From an uncultured Acidobacteriota bacterium (GTDB lineage: Bacteria > Acidobacteriota > Vicinamibacteria > Vicinamibacterales > CAVVIG01), in NCBI GenBank assembly GCA_963712905.1, contig CAVQJU010000014.1:49261-113260 (forward strand): a stretch of 64,000 nucleotides of DNA, read 5' to 3'. Of this stretch, positions 8,228 through 18,937 are shown in pieces; within the stretch, counting starts at the first letter, position 1, and each line of letters begins with the position of its first letter. The position numbers and the translations under genes are program-made. The notes under the pieces were generated by a model, which saw only the letters and a program-made list of their open reading frames with translations, had not been told where the DNA came from and did not search any database.

Positions 8228-10660
8228 TCAGCGATGCAAATCGCACGACTGGGTCGGTTCGGTGCCGGCGATGAACGCCTCGCGGAAGACGCGGGGACAA
8301 CCGGGCACCGCGAGTTTCCCGGTGTCCTTGTCGATGTCCACGAACGAGATGCCGGCGGGCGCCTCGAACTCGTCGCTCGTTCGTCCGGCGAGCGCGCGGG
8401 TCATGAACTCGGTCCAGATCGGCAGCGCGGCCTGGGCGCCGCTCAACCCGACCGGCTGGTTGTCGTCGAAGCCCACCCATACGACCGTCAGCAGCTCGGG
8501 CGTGAAGCCGACGAACCAGGCGTCGCGCAGGTCGTTGGTCGTGCCGGTCTTGCCGGCGGCGTCGGGCGTGAAACCGGCGGACCGTGCGCCCGCGGCCGTG
8601 CCCTCGTTGAGCACGCTGCGCATCATGTTGGTGACGAGGTATGTGGTGTCCCGCCGCGCGATTTCGCGGACGTTCTCCGACGGCTTCTTCGTGAGGTTCG
8701 CGCCGCCGCTCGTGATCGACAGGATGTGCTTGAGCGGCCGCAGCGATCCCATATTCGGGAAGATCGTGTACGCCGTGGCGATTTCGAACGGCGTCGCCTC
8801 GAACACGCCGAGCGCGATCGACGGGTACGCCTTCGGCGCGTTGCCGACGCCGAGCTTCTTCCACAGCGCCGCGACGCGATCGTAGCCGGCGGCCTGCGCG
8901 ACGTGAATCGTGCCGAGATTCCGCGAATGCGCGAGCGCGCGGCGGAACGTGATCGGCCCGTCGTACTCCTTCTCGTAGTTTTCCGGCGTCCACACCTGGT
9001 CGTCGAATTCGAAGGTTTCGGGTTCGTCGAGCGTGATCGACGCCGGCGTGACGTCCGTGCGGCCCTGGGCCGCCGCCTGCTCGAACGCCGCCAGGTAGAC
9101 GAACGGCTTGAACACGGAGCCCGGCTGCCGGCGCGAGAGCACGACGCGGTCGTACTGGGACTGGTTGTACGATCGCCCGCCGACGAAGGCGAGGATTTCA
9201 CCCGTGCGCGGATCGACGGCGATGAGCGCGGCCTCGGCCTTGCCCTTGCGCTTGCGCCGCGACAGGAGCTGGTCCACCTTGGTCAGGCCGTTGCGGACCG
9301 CGTCCTGCGCCAGCCGCTGCAGGTGCAGGTCGAGCGTCGTGTAGACGTCGACGGCCTTGTCGGTCGTGGTCGTCAGCCCGGGATACTGCTCGTCGAGCAG
9401 CTGACCGACGTAATCCACGAAATACGGCGCCTCGGCCTCGAGCGCGCGCTGGACGACGGCCAGCGGCTCGGCGGATGCGCGTACGGCGGCATCGGGCTCG
9501 ATGTAGCCTGCGTCGGCCATGGCCGTGAGCACGACGTTGCGGCGCTCGCGGCAGCGCTCCGGGTTGTTGAACGGCGAGAGGGCAGAGGGCGACTGGATCA
9601 CCCCGGCGATCGTCGCTGCTTCCGCCAGCGAAACGTTGCTGACGTCCTTCCCGAAGAACAGTCGCGAGGCTTCGCTGACGCCCATGATCGCGAACGACCC
9701 GCGCTGGCCGAGCGGGACGTCGTTCAGGTACATCTCGAGGATCTCTTCCTTCGACGCCTTGACCGTGAGGATGAGCGAGACGAAGATCTCGAGCACCTTG
9801 CGGCGCCCGGAACGCTCGCGCGCCGATTCGAGCGTCATGCCGTCGAACTTCGGCAGGAAGACGTTGCGCACCAGCTGCTGCGTGATGGTGCTGCCGCCGG
9901 CCATGCGGTTGCGGCGCCCCGTGGCGTACGAGAGCACCGCCCCGCCCATGCCGATGGGATCGATGCCGGGATGCTCGTAGAAGCGGCGATCCTCGATCGA
10001 CAGCACCGCCTGGACCATGCGGGGCTGAATGGCGGCGAGGGCCACCGGCCGGCGTTTTTCGCGTTCGCCGGGGCTGATCGAGGCGAGCACCGGCGCGTCG
10101 AGCGTCAGCCGATCCGTTTCGCGCGGGCCGCGCTCGAGCCGCACGACGTGGTCCGAGACGCGCACCGGGCGGCGCGGGGCGGCCTTGCCGCCGGAAGGGC
10201 GCCGGTCGAATCCGACGCGCACGATCTCGCTGCGGGAGGTCGCGCCGCGCGGCAGGATCGAGACCGAGCCTTCCCCGAGGATGAACTCGCCGGGTTTCTC
10301 GAGGGCGCCTCGCTCCGCGTACCCAAGCTCGTTCAGCCGGTCGATGAGCTGGCGGTTGTTCATCGACTGCCCGCGCCGGATTTCCAGCGGGCGGGCCAGC
10401 ACGCGCGGGAGCACGCGGTCGCGCTCGCCGTGCAGCCGCTGGTCGATGAGTCGCGCGAAGCTGACGTAGTAATACGTCGTGGCGACGCACAACCCTGCGG
10501 CGCAGGCGATGAGCGCGCCGGCCACGGCGCGGACCCACGGCTTGCGCCACCACATTGAAATCTTGATTCGGACGAGGCTGCGCGCGCCGGCCGATCCGGT
10601 AGACCTCGTCCGGCCCCGCGCGGTGGGGCGTCTTGGCGTTTTCAGATCGTGATCACCCAA
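8228..10660 (-). CDS. bifunctional penicillin-binding protein 1A (glycosyltransferase GT51 plus transpeptidase)
   Basis: GT51 motif EDRRFYEHPGIDP, plus transpeptidase motifs SVFKP (SxxK), SRN and KTGTT. An alternative start at 10555 (MWWRKPW, just before the TM segment) would remove the overlap with bshC. Confidence 0.9.
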   Translation of the reverse strand: MGDHDLKTPRRPTARGRTRSTGSAGARSLVRIKISMWWRKPWVRAVAGALIACAAGLCVATTYYYVSFARLIDQRLHGERDRVLPRVLARPLEIRRGQSMNNRQLIDRLNELGYAERGALEKPGEFILGEGSVSILPRGATSRSEIVRVGFDRRPSGGKAAPRRPVRVSDHVVRLERGPRETDRLTLDAPVLASISPGEREKRRPVALAAIQPRMVQAVLSIEDRRFYEHPGIDPIGMGGAVLSYATGRRNRMAGGSTITQQLVRNVFLPKFDGMTLESARERSGRRKVLEIFVSLILTVKASKEEILEMYLNDVPLGQRGSFAIMGVSEASRLFFGKDVSNVSLAEAATIAGVIQSPSALSPFNNPERCRERRNVVLTAMADAGYIEPDAAVRASAEPLAVVQRALEAEAPYFVDYVGQLLDEQYPGLTTTTDKAVDVYTTLDLHLQRLAQDAVRNGLTKVDQLLSRRKRKGKAEAALIAVDPRTGEILAFVGGRSYNQSQYDRVVLSRRQPGSVFKPFVYLAAFEQAAAQGRTDVTPASITLDEPETFEFDDQVWTPENYEKEYDGPITFRRALAHSRNLGTIHVAQAAGYDRVAALWKKLGVGNAPKAYPSIALGVFEATPFEIATAYTIFPNMGSLRPLKHILSITSGGANLTKKPSENVREIARRDTTYLVTNMMRSVLNEGTAAGARSAGFTPDAAGKTGTTNDLRDAWFVGFTPELLTVVWVGFDDNQPVGLSGAQAALPIWTEFMTRALAGRTSDEFEAPAGISFVDIDKDTGKLAVPGCPRVFREAFIAGTEPTQSCDLHR

Positions 10661-12312
10661 TGCTGTCCCATCTCAATGGGCAGGGCGTCCCAGAGCCTTT
10701 CGACGAGGGCCGGCCCGTACTGGTTCAGGAACCAGACGAAGCCGACGGTGCGTTCCTGCGCGTGCCCGTTGGGGAAGGCGAGCGCGCGCGTGCGGAAGAA
10801 CTGCCGGCGGAGCGTGTCGTTCTTTCGCTTCGCCGCCTGAATCGTCTTGCCGTGGAGGTTCTCCAGATCGTGTTGCATCTTGCCGGTCGTGTTCCGCGCC
10901 GCGCCTTCGAGCGTGGGGTCGAGTGTCAGGAGGGCGTCGACGACGCGCTGCATCTGGCTGTCGAGCGCGGCGCCGGCGGCCGTGAACGCCGCATCAACGT
11001 CCGGGGGAATCTGGGTCTTGAGCAGCTCGTTCAAGCCGCCTTCATCCTGGGGCTGCAGCGCTTCGAGCGGAAATTGATACCTGGTGAGGAAACGTGCCGA
11101 GGCGGAGTCGAGCAGCGTGGCGGTGGCTCGCGGATAGATGAGCGGCATCGGCACGCCGAAATTTTCGTACACGCCGCGAAGCTGGCCGAGGTAGGCCAGT
11201 TCGCTCGGGCCCGCGACGTAACAGATCGTCGGAAAGAGCGCGTCCTGAACGATGGGCCGGAGCAGCACGCTCGGGCTGAACCCCGCCGGCCGTTCGCCGG
11301 CTTCTTTCGCGAGCGCGGCCGGCGCGTAGCTGGATTCGCCGATCACCAGCTGGCCGTTCTGCTGCCGGATGGCGCGCCGCGATTCATCGAGCCGGAACAG
11401 CGCCAGGCTGCCGTCGGCCGCCTGCACCTGCGCGTGGTATCCCTGCGCCGCGAGATCGGCTCCGGCCTTCGACGCGGCCATCGCCGTCTGGCCCGGCGTC
11501 GACAACTCGCGCACGAACACCGGGCCGACGGCAGGCTTGGTGGCCGGGTCCGACGCGTCGTAGACGACGAGGCCGCGTTCGCCGAGCACGCGCTCCATCC
11601 ATCGTCCGAACGCCTCGGCCATACCGGTACCGGGCTGGTAGGCGGCGCGGAGATCGGCCAGCAGTGAGTCGCGAAACTCGGTGGGCGGCAGCGTCTGTTC
11701 GAGCTCGGCGAGGGCGGCGGCGATGTGGTCGTCGAGGGCGATGGACGCGACCGGCACCGGCTCGCCCGCCGGGCGCTGGGGCAGGGCGATGGTCCGGCTT
11801 TCGAGATCGCCGGTGAGGACGGTGCACGATCGCACTTCGTCCCAGTCGTGGTCTTCGGCTTCGATCCAGAAGACCGCGACCGCGGGCACCCCGTGCCGCC
11901 GCGAGACCTCGTCGGCGAGCTTGAGCGCCGTGATGGCTTTGAGCAGCGTGTAGACAGGCCCGCCGAAGAGGCCCGCCTGCTGGCCGGTCAGCACCGCCAC
12001 GGCTGTCGCGTCAGCGAGACGATCGGCCGCCGCACGGGCCTGGGCCGGCGCGCCGCGGCGCCGCTGCTGCTCGCCGATAGCCCGCGCCAGTTGCTGACGA
12101 TCGCGCGGATGCGCCTGGGCCCGGGCGATCGCGGCCGTCCAGGCCGAGTCGTCTTTGGGATCGCCCGAAAAAAACGGCGCGAGGCCGGAGAACGCGAAGG
12201 CGTAGTCGGCGGCGAGCCGCTTCACCCAGGGAAAACGGCGCAGATCGATGGCAGTGCGCGCGGTTGTCGGTTCGCCTGTCACTGGAGTGGCGGCGGTAGG
12301 GTTTGCCTGCAC
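10642..12312 (-). CDS. bshC: bacillithiol biosynthesis cysteine-adding enzyme BshC
   Basis: Matches recalled B. subtilis BshC blocks: TGQQAGLFGGPVYTLLKAI, FWIEAEDHDWDEV, VAGPSELAYLGQL, YPRATATLLD and the C-terminal FLNQYGP. Confidence 0.85.
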   Translation of the reverse strand: MQANPTAATPVTGEPTTARTAIDLRRFPWVKRLAADYAFAFSGLAPFFSGDPKDDSAWTAAIARAQAHPRDRQQLARAIGEQQRRRGAPAQARAAADRLADATAVAVLTGQQAGLFGGPVYTLLKAITALKLADEVSRRHGVPAVAVFWIEAEDHDWDEVRSCTVLTGDLESRTIALPQRPAGEPVPVASIALDDHIAAALAELEQTLPPTEFRDSLLADLRAAYQPGTGMAEAFGRWMERVLGERGLVVYDASDPATKPAVGPVFVRELSTPGQTAMAASKAGADLAAQGYHAQVQAADGSLALFRLDESRRAIRQQNGQLVIGESSYAPAALAKEAGERPAGFSPSVLLRPIVQDALFPTICYVAGPSELAYLGQLRGVYENFGVPMPLIYPRATATLLDSASARFLTRYQFPLEALQPQDEGGLNELLKTQIPPDVDAAFTAAGAALDSQMQRVVDALLTLDPTLEGAARNTTGKMQHDLENLHGKTIQAAKRKNDTLRRQFFRTRALAFPNGHAQERTVGFVWFLNQYGPALVERLWDALPIEMGQHWVITI

Positions 12313-12341
12313 CGAAGACCTACTTTACACGATCGGCTGCC

Positions 12342-14354
12342 ATGGATCAGTGTTACCATGAAGCGCCTTCCTCTGAGGAGTCATCACTGCACACGGAAGC
12401 TGTCGGCTCTACGTCCCCCGATGCCTTCGGTCCATTTCGCGTGCTTCATCAGATCGGTGCGGGTGCGTTGGGCCCGGTGTTCCGTGCGTACGAACCGGAC
12501 CGCGATCGGCTCGTCGCCATCAAGCTCTTCCGCCTCGATCTACCGCCCGAGCGCGTGCACCAGCTCGTGGCCGAATTCGAACAGCTGATCGCGGCGGAGC
12601 TCGATCACCCCGTCATTGCCGCGCCGCGCGCAGCCGGCATCGAAGGCGTCAACGCGTATCTCGCTCAGGACTACGTGACCGCGGAGTCGCTCGACGTCGT
12701 GATCCGCGAAGGCGGCGCGCCGCCCGTGGCCGACGCGCTGAGCATCGCCGCCCGGCTCGCGGATGCCTTGGACTACGCCGCCGACCGCCAGATCGTCCAC
12801 GGGTCGCTGCATCCGCGCGACGTGCTGCTCTCGCCGGACGATTTTCGCCTCGTGGGCCTGGGCATCACGCGCGCGCTCGAACGTGTCGGCGTGCCGGCGC
12901 CGGTCCGCCGGCCCTACACCGCGCCCGAACGCATCGGCGGCGGCGCGTGGGACCGCCGCGCGGATATCTTCAGCCTCGCGGCCATCGCCTACGAACTGGT
13001 GTGGGGCCGGCGCCTGTCCGGCACCGGCGCCCAGGCGGTCGAGGGCATCACCGACGCGCACGGTGGCCACCTGCCGGCGTTGCACGACGTGTTTGCGCGC
13101 GCGCTCGCCGACGACATGGCGGATCGGTTCGGCACCGCGTTGGAATTTTCCGCCGCGCTCGCGGGAGCGTTCGAGGGCAAGCCCGCGAAGGTCAGCCGCA
13201 TGGTCCGGCGCAACCCGGCGCCGCGGACGGCCCCCGAGCCCCGGTTGCCGCTCGACGAAGAGGGGACCGCGGAGTTGACGCTCCGCGCGCCCGAGCCTGC
13301 GCGGAATCTCGACGTCGAAGCCGAAGTCGAAGCCGTTCTCCAAAATGTCATCGAAGACGTCATCGAGCCAGATGCGCCGGTCGAAATCGGTACGGCCGAA
13401 CCCGCCGCGCCTTTCGGACTTAGCGGACTGAGCGGATCCCTCGGACCCCGTGAACCGCTCGAACCCGTCGAACCCAGTGGACCCCTCGGACCCAGTGGAC
13501 CTGTTGGACCTCTTGGACCTGGTGGTTCCAGCGAATTCGTCGAGCCCGAAGCCGCCGTCGAGGCTCCGTACGTGCAGGGCAGTTTGCTGTCGCCCGCGCC
13601 GGCTCCCGAGACATCGAGCCTGTCTCTGGTCTGGCCGCTTGCGCTGGCCGCTCTCGTTGGGGCAGCGGCCGGGTTCGGCGCTGGTTACGCCGTCGCCATC
13701 CGCGATCGTCCGGTCGCGGTTGCCAACGTCGCGCCGCCGCCGGAGAACGCAGCAGCCCCTGCGGCGGCCGCGCCGCCGGTCGTGCGGGAACCCGAAGGCG
13801 GGGCGGTCGTGTCCCGGCCTCTGCCGCCTGCTGGCTCGCCGGGAACGGCACCCGTGCCGGCGCCCGCGCGCCCTGCGCCGCCCGCGGCACCGGTCGCACC
13901 GCTCTTTGCCGGCCGCGTGCTGGTGCGTTCGACGCCGCCGGGCGCGCGCGTCTTCGTCGACGGTCACGGCGGCGGCGAGACGCCGGCCACGGTCCGGGAC
14001 CTCGCGCGCGGCGCGCACCAGGTGCGTCTCGTGCGCGAAGGCTACACGACCGTCGAGCGCCGGATCGTGATCACGGCGTCGCAGCCGACCGTGACGCTGA
14101 CCGTGCCGATGGTCAGGACGCCGCCGGCTGTGCCGGCGCGGACCGAGGCGCCGCTCACGATCGAATCGAAGCCGTCAGGCGCCGTGGTGTTCCTGGATGG
14201 CAGGCAGGTGGGGACGACGCCGCTCACGTTCCCGCTCGTCAAGGTCGGCGCCCACGCCGTGCGCATCACGCTCGAAGGCTACCGGCCGTGGTCGTCATCG
14301 GTGGACGTGAGCGCGACCGAGCCGAACCGCGTCACCGCGTCTCTGGAGCGATAG
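12342..14354 (+). CDS. Ser/Thr protein kinase-like protein (predicted pseudokinase) with TM segment and two C-terminal PEGA domains
   Basis: G-loop IGAGALGPVF and VAIK lysine are present, but HGSLHPRDV replaces HRDLKPxN and VGLG replaces DFG. APE (YTAPERI) is kept. PEGA repeats: VRSTPPGARVFVDG...YTTVER and IESKPSGAVVFLDG...YRPWSS. ATG 12342 is preferred over track start 12303, which would overlap bshC. Confidence 0.75.
   Translation: MDQCYHEAPSSEESSLHTEAVGSTSPDAFGPFRVLHQIGAGALGPVFRAYEPDRDRLVAIKLFRLDLPPERVHQLVAEFEQLIAAELDHPVIAAPRAAGIEGVNAYLAQDYVTAESLDVVIREGGAPPVADALSIAARLADALDYAADRQIVHGSLHPRDVLLSPDDFRLVGLGITRALERVGVPAPVRRPYTAPERIGGGAWDRRADIFSLAAIAYELVWGRRLSGTGAQAVEGITDAHGGHLPALHDVFARALADDMADRFGTALEFSAALAGAFEGKPAKVSRMVRRNPAPRTAPEPRLPLDEEGTAELTLRAPEPARNLDVEAEVEAVLQNVIEDVIEPDAPVEIGTAEPAAPFGLSGLSGSLGPREPLEPVEPSGPLGPSGPVGPLGPGGSSEFVEPEAAVEAPYVQGSLLSPAPAPETSSLSLVWPLALAALVGAAAGFGAGYAVAIRDRPVAVANVAPPPENAAAPAAAAPPVVREPEGGAVVSRPLPPAGSPGTAPVPAPARPAPPAAPVAPLFAGRVLVRSTPPGARVFVDGHGGGETPATVRDLARGAHQVRLVREGYTTVERRIVITASQPTVTLTVPMVRTPPAVPARTEAPLTIESKPSGAVVFLDGRQVGTTPLTFPLVKVGAHAVRITLEGYRPWSSSVDVSATEPNRVTASLER
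13416..13532 (+). repeat. in-frame 9-nt tandem array (13 units, GGACCNNNN type) inside the kinase-like CDS
   Basis: Units ggacttagc ggactgagc ggatccctc ... ggacctggt ggttccagc. They encode GLS GLS GSL GPR EPL EPV EPS GPL GPS GPV GPL GPG GSS. Confidence 0.85.
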
Positions 14355-14364
14355 GGTCGGGACT

Positions 14365-14406
14365 TGGGGCTAGGGGTTAGAGGTTAGAGGTTAGGGGTTA
14401 GGGGTT
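14365..14406. repeat. heptamer tandem array (GGGGTTA/GAGGTTA, 6 units)
   Basis: Reads ggggcta ggggtta gaggtta gaggtta ggggtta ggggtta, between the kinase-like gene and carA. Confidence 0.85.
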
Positions 14407-14417
14407 AGGGACCTGGG

Positions 14418-15551
14418 ATGAGCACAGAGGCGATTCTTGCGTTGGAAGACGGCACGTGGTTCCGCGGCCTGGCCGCGGGCGCCGAGGGTGTGGCGGGCGG
14501 CGAAGTCGTGTTCAACACGAGCATGACGGGCTATCAGGAAGTACTGACCGACCCTTCGTACTCCGGGCAGATCGTGACGATGACGTGCCCCGAGATCGGG
14601 AACTACGGGGTGTCCGCGCGGGACGGGGAATCGCGGGTGCCGCACGTCGCCGGTTTCATCGTGCGCGAGCAATCGCCGGTCGCGAGCAACTGGCGCTCGG
14701 AGGGCACGCTGCGCGACTACCTCGTCACCAACGGCATCGTGGCCATCTCCGACATCGACACGCGGGCGCTCACGCGAACGCTGCGGTCGGGCGGCGTGAT
14801 GCGCGGCGTCGTGGTGACGGGCAACGACCTCGATCCGCAGGCCCTCGTCGCGCGCGCGCAGGCGCTGCCGAAGATGGAAGGGTCGGACCTCGTGCGCGAC
14901 GTGACGACCGACGCCGCGTTCGACTGGCCCGCGGAGGATCCCGGCGAGTTCGGCATCGCGGTGGGACGCCTCGCGAAACGCCGGCTGAAGATCGCCGCGT
15001 ATGACTTCGGGATGAAGCGCAACATCCTGCGGCGGCTGAGCGCGCACGGCTGCGACGTCCGCGTGTACCCGGCGACCGCGCCGGCTTCGGAGTTGCTGGC
15101 GACCGGGCCCGACGGCGTGTTCCTGAGCAACGGGCCCGGCGATCCCGCCGTGCTCACGTACGCGATCGACAACTCGAAGGCGCTCGTCGCCTCGGGCGTG
15201 CCGGTGTTCGGCATCTGCCTCGGCCATCAGGTCCTCGGGCTCGCCATGGGCGGGTCGACGTTCAAGCTGAAGTTCGGCCACCGCGGCGGCAACCACCCGG
15301 TGAAGAAGCTCGAGACCGGGAAGGTCGAGATCACGTCGCAGAACCACGGGTTCGCCGTCAATCCGACGACGCTGCCGGACGATGTGGCCGTGACGCACCT
15401 GAATCTGTACGATGGCACGGTCGAGGGGCTGCGCCACAAGACGCGTCCGGTGTTCTGCGTGCAGTACCACCCGGAAGCGTCGCCCGGCCCGCACGACGCG
15501 GACTACCTGTTCGACGACTTCATAGCGATGATAGAAGGGACTAGAGGCTAG
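14418..15551 (+). CDS. carA: carbamoyl-phosphate synthase small subunit (glutaminase)
   Basis: 377 aa with [18 protein letters not shown] and GATase catalytic GICLGHQ. Immediately upstream of carB. Confidence 0.95.
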   Translation: MSTEAILALEDGTWFRGLAAGAEGVAGGEVVFNTSMTGYQEVLTDPSYSGQIVTMTCPEIGNYGVSARDGESRVPHVAGFIVREQSPVASNWRSEGTLRDYLVTNGIVAISDIDTRALTRTLRSGGVMRGVVVTGNDLDPQALVARAQALPKMEGSDLVRDVTTDAAFDWPAEDPGEFGIAVGRLAKRRLKIAAYDFGMKRNILRRLSAHGCDVRVYPATAPASELLATGPDGVFLSNGPGDPAVLTYAIDNSKALVASGVPVFGICLGHQVLGLAMGGSTFKLKFGHRGGNHPVKKLETGKVEITSQNHGFAVNPTTLPDDVAVTHLNLYDGTVEGLRHKTRPVFCVQYHPEASPGPHDADYLFDDFIAMIEGTRG

Positions 15552-15616
15552 AGGCCGGGGACCAGGGAAAAGAAGCGAGCGTTCTTCCAGCCCCTGGCCC
15601 CCAGCCCCCAGCCCCG
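15538..15616. repeat. inverted heptamer-type repeat between carA and carB
   Basis: ctagagg ctagagg ccggggaccaggg ... ccctggcccccagcccccagccccgg. The left part overlaps the carA stop. Same unit family as 2165..2199 and 14365..14406. Confidence 0.7.
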
Positions 15617-15622
15617 GAAGTA

Positions 15623-18600
15623 ATGCCAAAGCGCACCGATCTGAAACGCGTGCTCATCATCGGCTCGGGCCCGATCGTCATCGGTCAGGCCTGCGAGTTC
15701 GACTACTCGGGCAGCCAGGCCTGCAAAGCGCTGCGGAGCGAGGGCCTCGAGGTCATCCTCGTCAACAGCAACCCGGCGACGATCATGACGGACCCGGAGC
15801 TCGCGGATCGCACCTACGTCGAGCCGCTCACGCCGGAAGTTCTCGAAGCCATCATCAAGGTCGAACGGCCCGACGCGATCCTGCCGACCGTCGGCGGGCA
15901 GACGGCGTTGAACCTGGCGGTGGACCTCCACAACGCCGGCATCCTCGAGAAATACAACGTCAAACTCATAGGGGCGTCCATCCAGGCCATCAAGGTGGCG
16001 GAAGACCGGCTGCTGTTCAAGGATGCGATGCGCGAAATCGGGCTCGACGTTCCGATGAGCGGGCTCGCGCGCTCGCTCGACGAGGCGTTGAACCTGGCGA
16101 AGACGCTGGGCTTCCCGCTGGTCATTCGCCCGTCGTTCACGCTGGGCGGCGTCGGCGGCGGCATCGCCTACAACATCGAGGAATTCCGCGAGCTGGCCGA
16201 ACGCGGCGTCGAGCTGAGCCCGGTCCACGAGATCCTGGTCGAGGAATCCGTGATCGGCTGGAAGGAGTTCGAGCTCGAGGTCATGCGCGACGTCGCGGAC
16301 AACTTCGTCGTCATCTGCTCGATCGAGAACATCGACCCGATGGGCGTCCACACCGGCGACAGCATTACGGTCGCGCCGATCCTGACGCTCAGCGACAAGG
16401 AATATCAACGGATGCGCGACGCCGCGCGCCGCATCATCAGCAAGGTCGGAGTCGAGACGGGCGGGTCGAACATCCAGTTTGCCGTGAACCCGGCGGACGG
16501 CCGGATGGTCGTGATCGAGATGAACCCGCGCGTGTCGCGGTCTTCAGCGCTCGCGTCGAAGGCCACGGGCTTCCCGATCGCGAAAATCGCGGCCAAGCTC
16601 GCCCTCGGGTACCACCTCGACGAGATCCCCAACGACATCACGCGCCTCACCCCGGCCAGCTTCGAGCCGGCGATCGACTACGTCGTCGTCAAGATCCCGC
16701 GGTGGAACTTCGAGAAGTTTCCGCAGGCCGATCGGACGCTCACGACGCAGATGAAATCGGTCGGCGAGGCCATGGCCATCGGGCGGACGTTCAAGGAAGC
16801 GTTCATGAAGGGCGTCCGCTCGCTCGAGCTCGGGCGGAGCGGGCTGCTGTTCGGACCGGCGACAGGCGACCGGACCGAGGGCATCGCCGGCACGGAGGGG
16901 GAGAGCGACGCCTCGCTGCGGAAGCGCCTGGCCGTGCCGAACGATCGCCGGATGTGGGACATCTTCCGCGCGCTCGATCGCGGCTGGACGGTCCAGCAGG
17001 TCCACGAGCCGACGAACATCGATCCGTGGTTCCTGCAGCAGTTTGCCGAAATCGTCGAGCTGAAGCGGCTGGCGGAAAGCGGCCTCGAAGGGCTGTCGCC
17101 GGACGTGATGCGGCGGTTGAAGCGCGCGGGGTTCGGCGACCAGGAGATCGCGCAGGCCGCGGGGGCGACCGAGACCTCCATCCGCGAGCGGCGCGCGAGC
17201 CAGTCGCTCGCGCCGGTCTACAAGCGCGTGGACACGTGCGCGGCCGAGTTCGAGTCGTTCACGCCGTACATGTACAGCTCCTACGAGCCGACGTGCGAAT
17301 CGAACCCGAACGGGCGCAAGAAGGTGATCATCCTCGGCAGCGGGCCGAACCGCATCGGGCAGGGCATCGAGTTCGACTACTGCTGCTGCCACGCCGCCTT
17401 CGCGCTGCGCGAAGAAGGCTTCGAAACGGTGATGATCAACTGCAACCCGGAAACCGTCTCGACGGACTACGACACGGCCGACCGGCTGTATTTCCAGCCG
17501 CTGACGTTCGAGGACGTGATGGCCGTCATCGAAACCGAGCGATCGGCCGGCGGCGAGGTGTCGTGCCTCGTGCAGTTCGGGGGCCAGACGCCGCTGAAGC
17601 TCGCGCTGGCGCTCCAGCACGCGGGCGTGGCGATCCTGGGCACGTCGCCGGACTCGATCGACCTGGCCGAGGATCGCGAGCGCTTCGCGGCGTTTCTCTC
17701 CGGGCTGAACATCACGCAGCCGAAGAGCGGTACGGCGACGTCGAAAGAGCAGGCGCGCGACGTGGCCGCGTCGATCGGGTTCCCGGTCGTCGTACGGCCT
17801 TCGTACGTGCTGGGCGGACGCGCGATGGCGATCGTCTATGACACTGCGACACTCGACCGCTATATGACGCACGCCGTCGACGCGTCGCCCGAGCATCCGG
17901 TGCTCGTCGACCGGTTCCTCGAGGACGCATTCGAGTTCGACGTCGACGCCGTCGCCGACAGGACCGGCGCCGTGATCATCGGCGGCATCATGGAGCACAT
18001 CGAGGAGGCCGGCATTCATTCGGGCGACAGCTCGTGCGTCGTGCCGCCGTTCCTCTGTCCCGAACGCCATCTGCAAACCATTCGGGAGCACACGCGCCGC
18101 ATCGCCCGCGCCCTTGGCGTCGTCGGCCTGATGAACGTGCAGTTTGCGACCAAAGACGATGTGGTGTACGTGCTCGAGGTGAACCCGCGCGCGTCGCGCA
18201 CCGTCCCGTACCTGTCGAAGGCGTCGGGGACGTCGCTGGCGAAGATCGCGGCCAAGGTCATGGCCGGGCGCACGCTCGCGGAGCTGGGTATCACGCGCGA
18301 CCTGGAAGTCGCCGGTGTGTTCGTGAAAAGCCCCGTGTTCCCGTTCGTCCGGTTCCCGGGCGTGGACACGATCCTCGGCCCCGAGATGAAATCCACCGGC
18401 GAGGTGATGGGCGGGTCGAGCAACTTCGGCGTCGCCTTCGCGAAGGCGCAGCTGTCGGTGGGGCAGCGGCTGCCGGAGAGCGGCACGGCGTTCGTCAGCG
18501 TCAACAACGACGACAAAGCGAACCTCGTGCCGATCGCGCGCGACCTGTCGACGCTGGGCTTCAAGCTGATCGCGACGCGCGGCACGGCGGCCTACTTGCG

Positions 18601-18895
18601 CGCTTACGGCCTCGACGTGGGTGTGGTCTACAAGGTCAACGAGGGCCGGCCCAACATCGCCGACGAGATCGTGAACCACAAGGTGGACCTGGTCATCAAC
18701 ACGCCGCTCGGGCGCGAGTCGTTCTTCGACGACCGCATGGTCCGGCGCGCCGCGATGATGCACGAGGTGCCCTGCATCACGACGCTCACCGGCGCCGCGG
18801 CGGCCGTCCAGGCCATTCGCGGACTGCGGGAACAGGGCCTCGGCGTTCGCGCGCTGCAGGACTACTACGCAGGAATTGCCGCAGAGAAAGTCTGA
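15623..18895 (+). CDS. carB: carbamoyl-phosphate synthase large subunit
   Basis: 1090 aa with duplicated ATP-grasp halves ([19 protein letters not shown] and [19 protein letters not shown]) and a C-terminal MGS-like domain. Confidence 0.97.
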   Translation: MPKRTDLKRVLIIGSGPIVIGQACEFDYSGSQACKALRSEGLEVILVNSNPATIMTDPELADRTYVEPLTPEVLEAIIKVERPDAILPTVGGQTALNLAVDLHNAGILEKYNVKLIGASIQAIKVAEDRLLFKDAMREIGLDVPMSGLARSLDEALNLAKTLGFPLVIRPSFTLGGVGGGIAYNIEEFRELAERGVELSPVHEILVEESVIGWKEFELEVMRDVADNFVVICSIENIDPMGVHTGDSITVAPILTLSDKEYQRMRDAARRIISKVGVETGGSNIQFAVNPADGRMVVIEMNPRVSRSSALASKATGFPIAKIAAKLALGYHLDEIPNDITRLTPASFEPAIDYVVVKIPRWNFEKFPQADRTLTTQMKSVGEAMAIGRTFKEAFMKGVRSLELGRSGLLFGPATGDRTEGIAGTEGESDASLRKRLAVPNDRRMWDIFRALDRGWTVQQVHEPTNIDPWFLQQFAEIVELKRLAESGLEGLSPDVMRRLKRAGFGDQEIAQAAGATETSIRERRASQSLAPVYKRVDTCAAEFESFTPYMYSSYEPTCESNPNGRKKVIILGSGPNRIGQGIEFDYCCCHAAFALREEGFETVMINCNPETVSTDYDTADRLYFQPLTFEDVMAVIETERSAGGEVSCLVQFGGQTPLKLALALQHAGVAILGTSPDSIDLAEDRERFAAFLSGLNITQPKSGTATSKEQARDVAASIGFPVVVRPSYVLGGRAMAIVYDTATLDRYMTHAVDASPEHPVLVDRFLEDAFEFDVDAVADRTGAVIIGGIMEHIEEAGIHSGDSSCVVPPFLCPERHLQTIREHTRRIARALGVVGLMNVQFATKDDVVYVLEVNPRASRTVPYLSKASGTSLAKIAAKVMAGRTLAELGITRDLEVAGVFVKSPVFPFVRFPGVDTILGPEMKSTGEVMGGSSNFGVAFAKAQLSVGQRLPESGTAFVSVNNDDKANLVPIARDLSTLGFKLIATRGTAAYLRAYGLDVGVVYKVNEGRPNIADEIVNHKVDLVINTPLGRESFFDDRMVRRAAMMHEVPCITTLTGAAAAVQAIRGLREQGLGVRALQDYYAGIAAEKV

Positions 18896-18937
18896 TCGTC
18901 GTCAGGTTCTGCCACAAGCTCCGATCGTCCCGCTCCA

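Noticed and set aside
5997-8885. 962-aa plus-strand ORF spanning the deaminase, xdhC and PBP1A regions
   Set aside because: It is antisense to three well-supported minus-strand genes. The translation is Arg/Ala/Gly-rich with no motifs. This is a typical shadow ORF of GC-rich DNA.
8162-10558. 798-aa plus-strand ORF
   Set aside because: It is antisense to PBP1A, which carries all GT51 and transpeptidase motifs. Its composition is low-complexity, rich in R, D, E and A.
16544-18763. 739-aa minus-strand ORF
   Set aside because: It is antisense to carB, whose identity is unambiguous.
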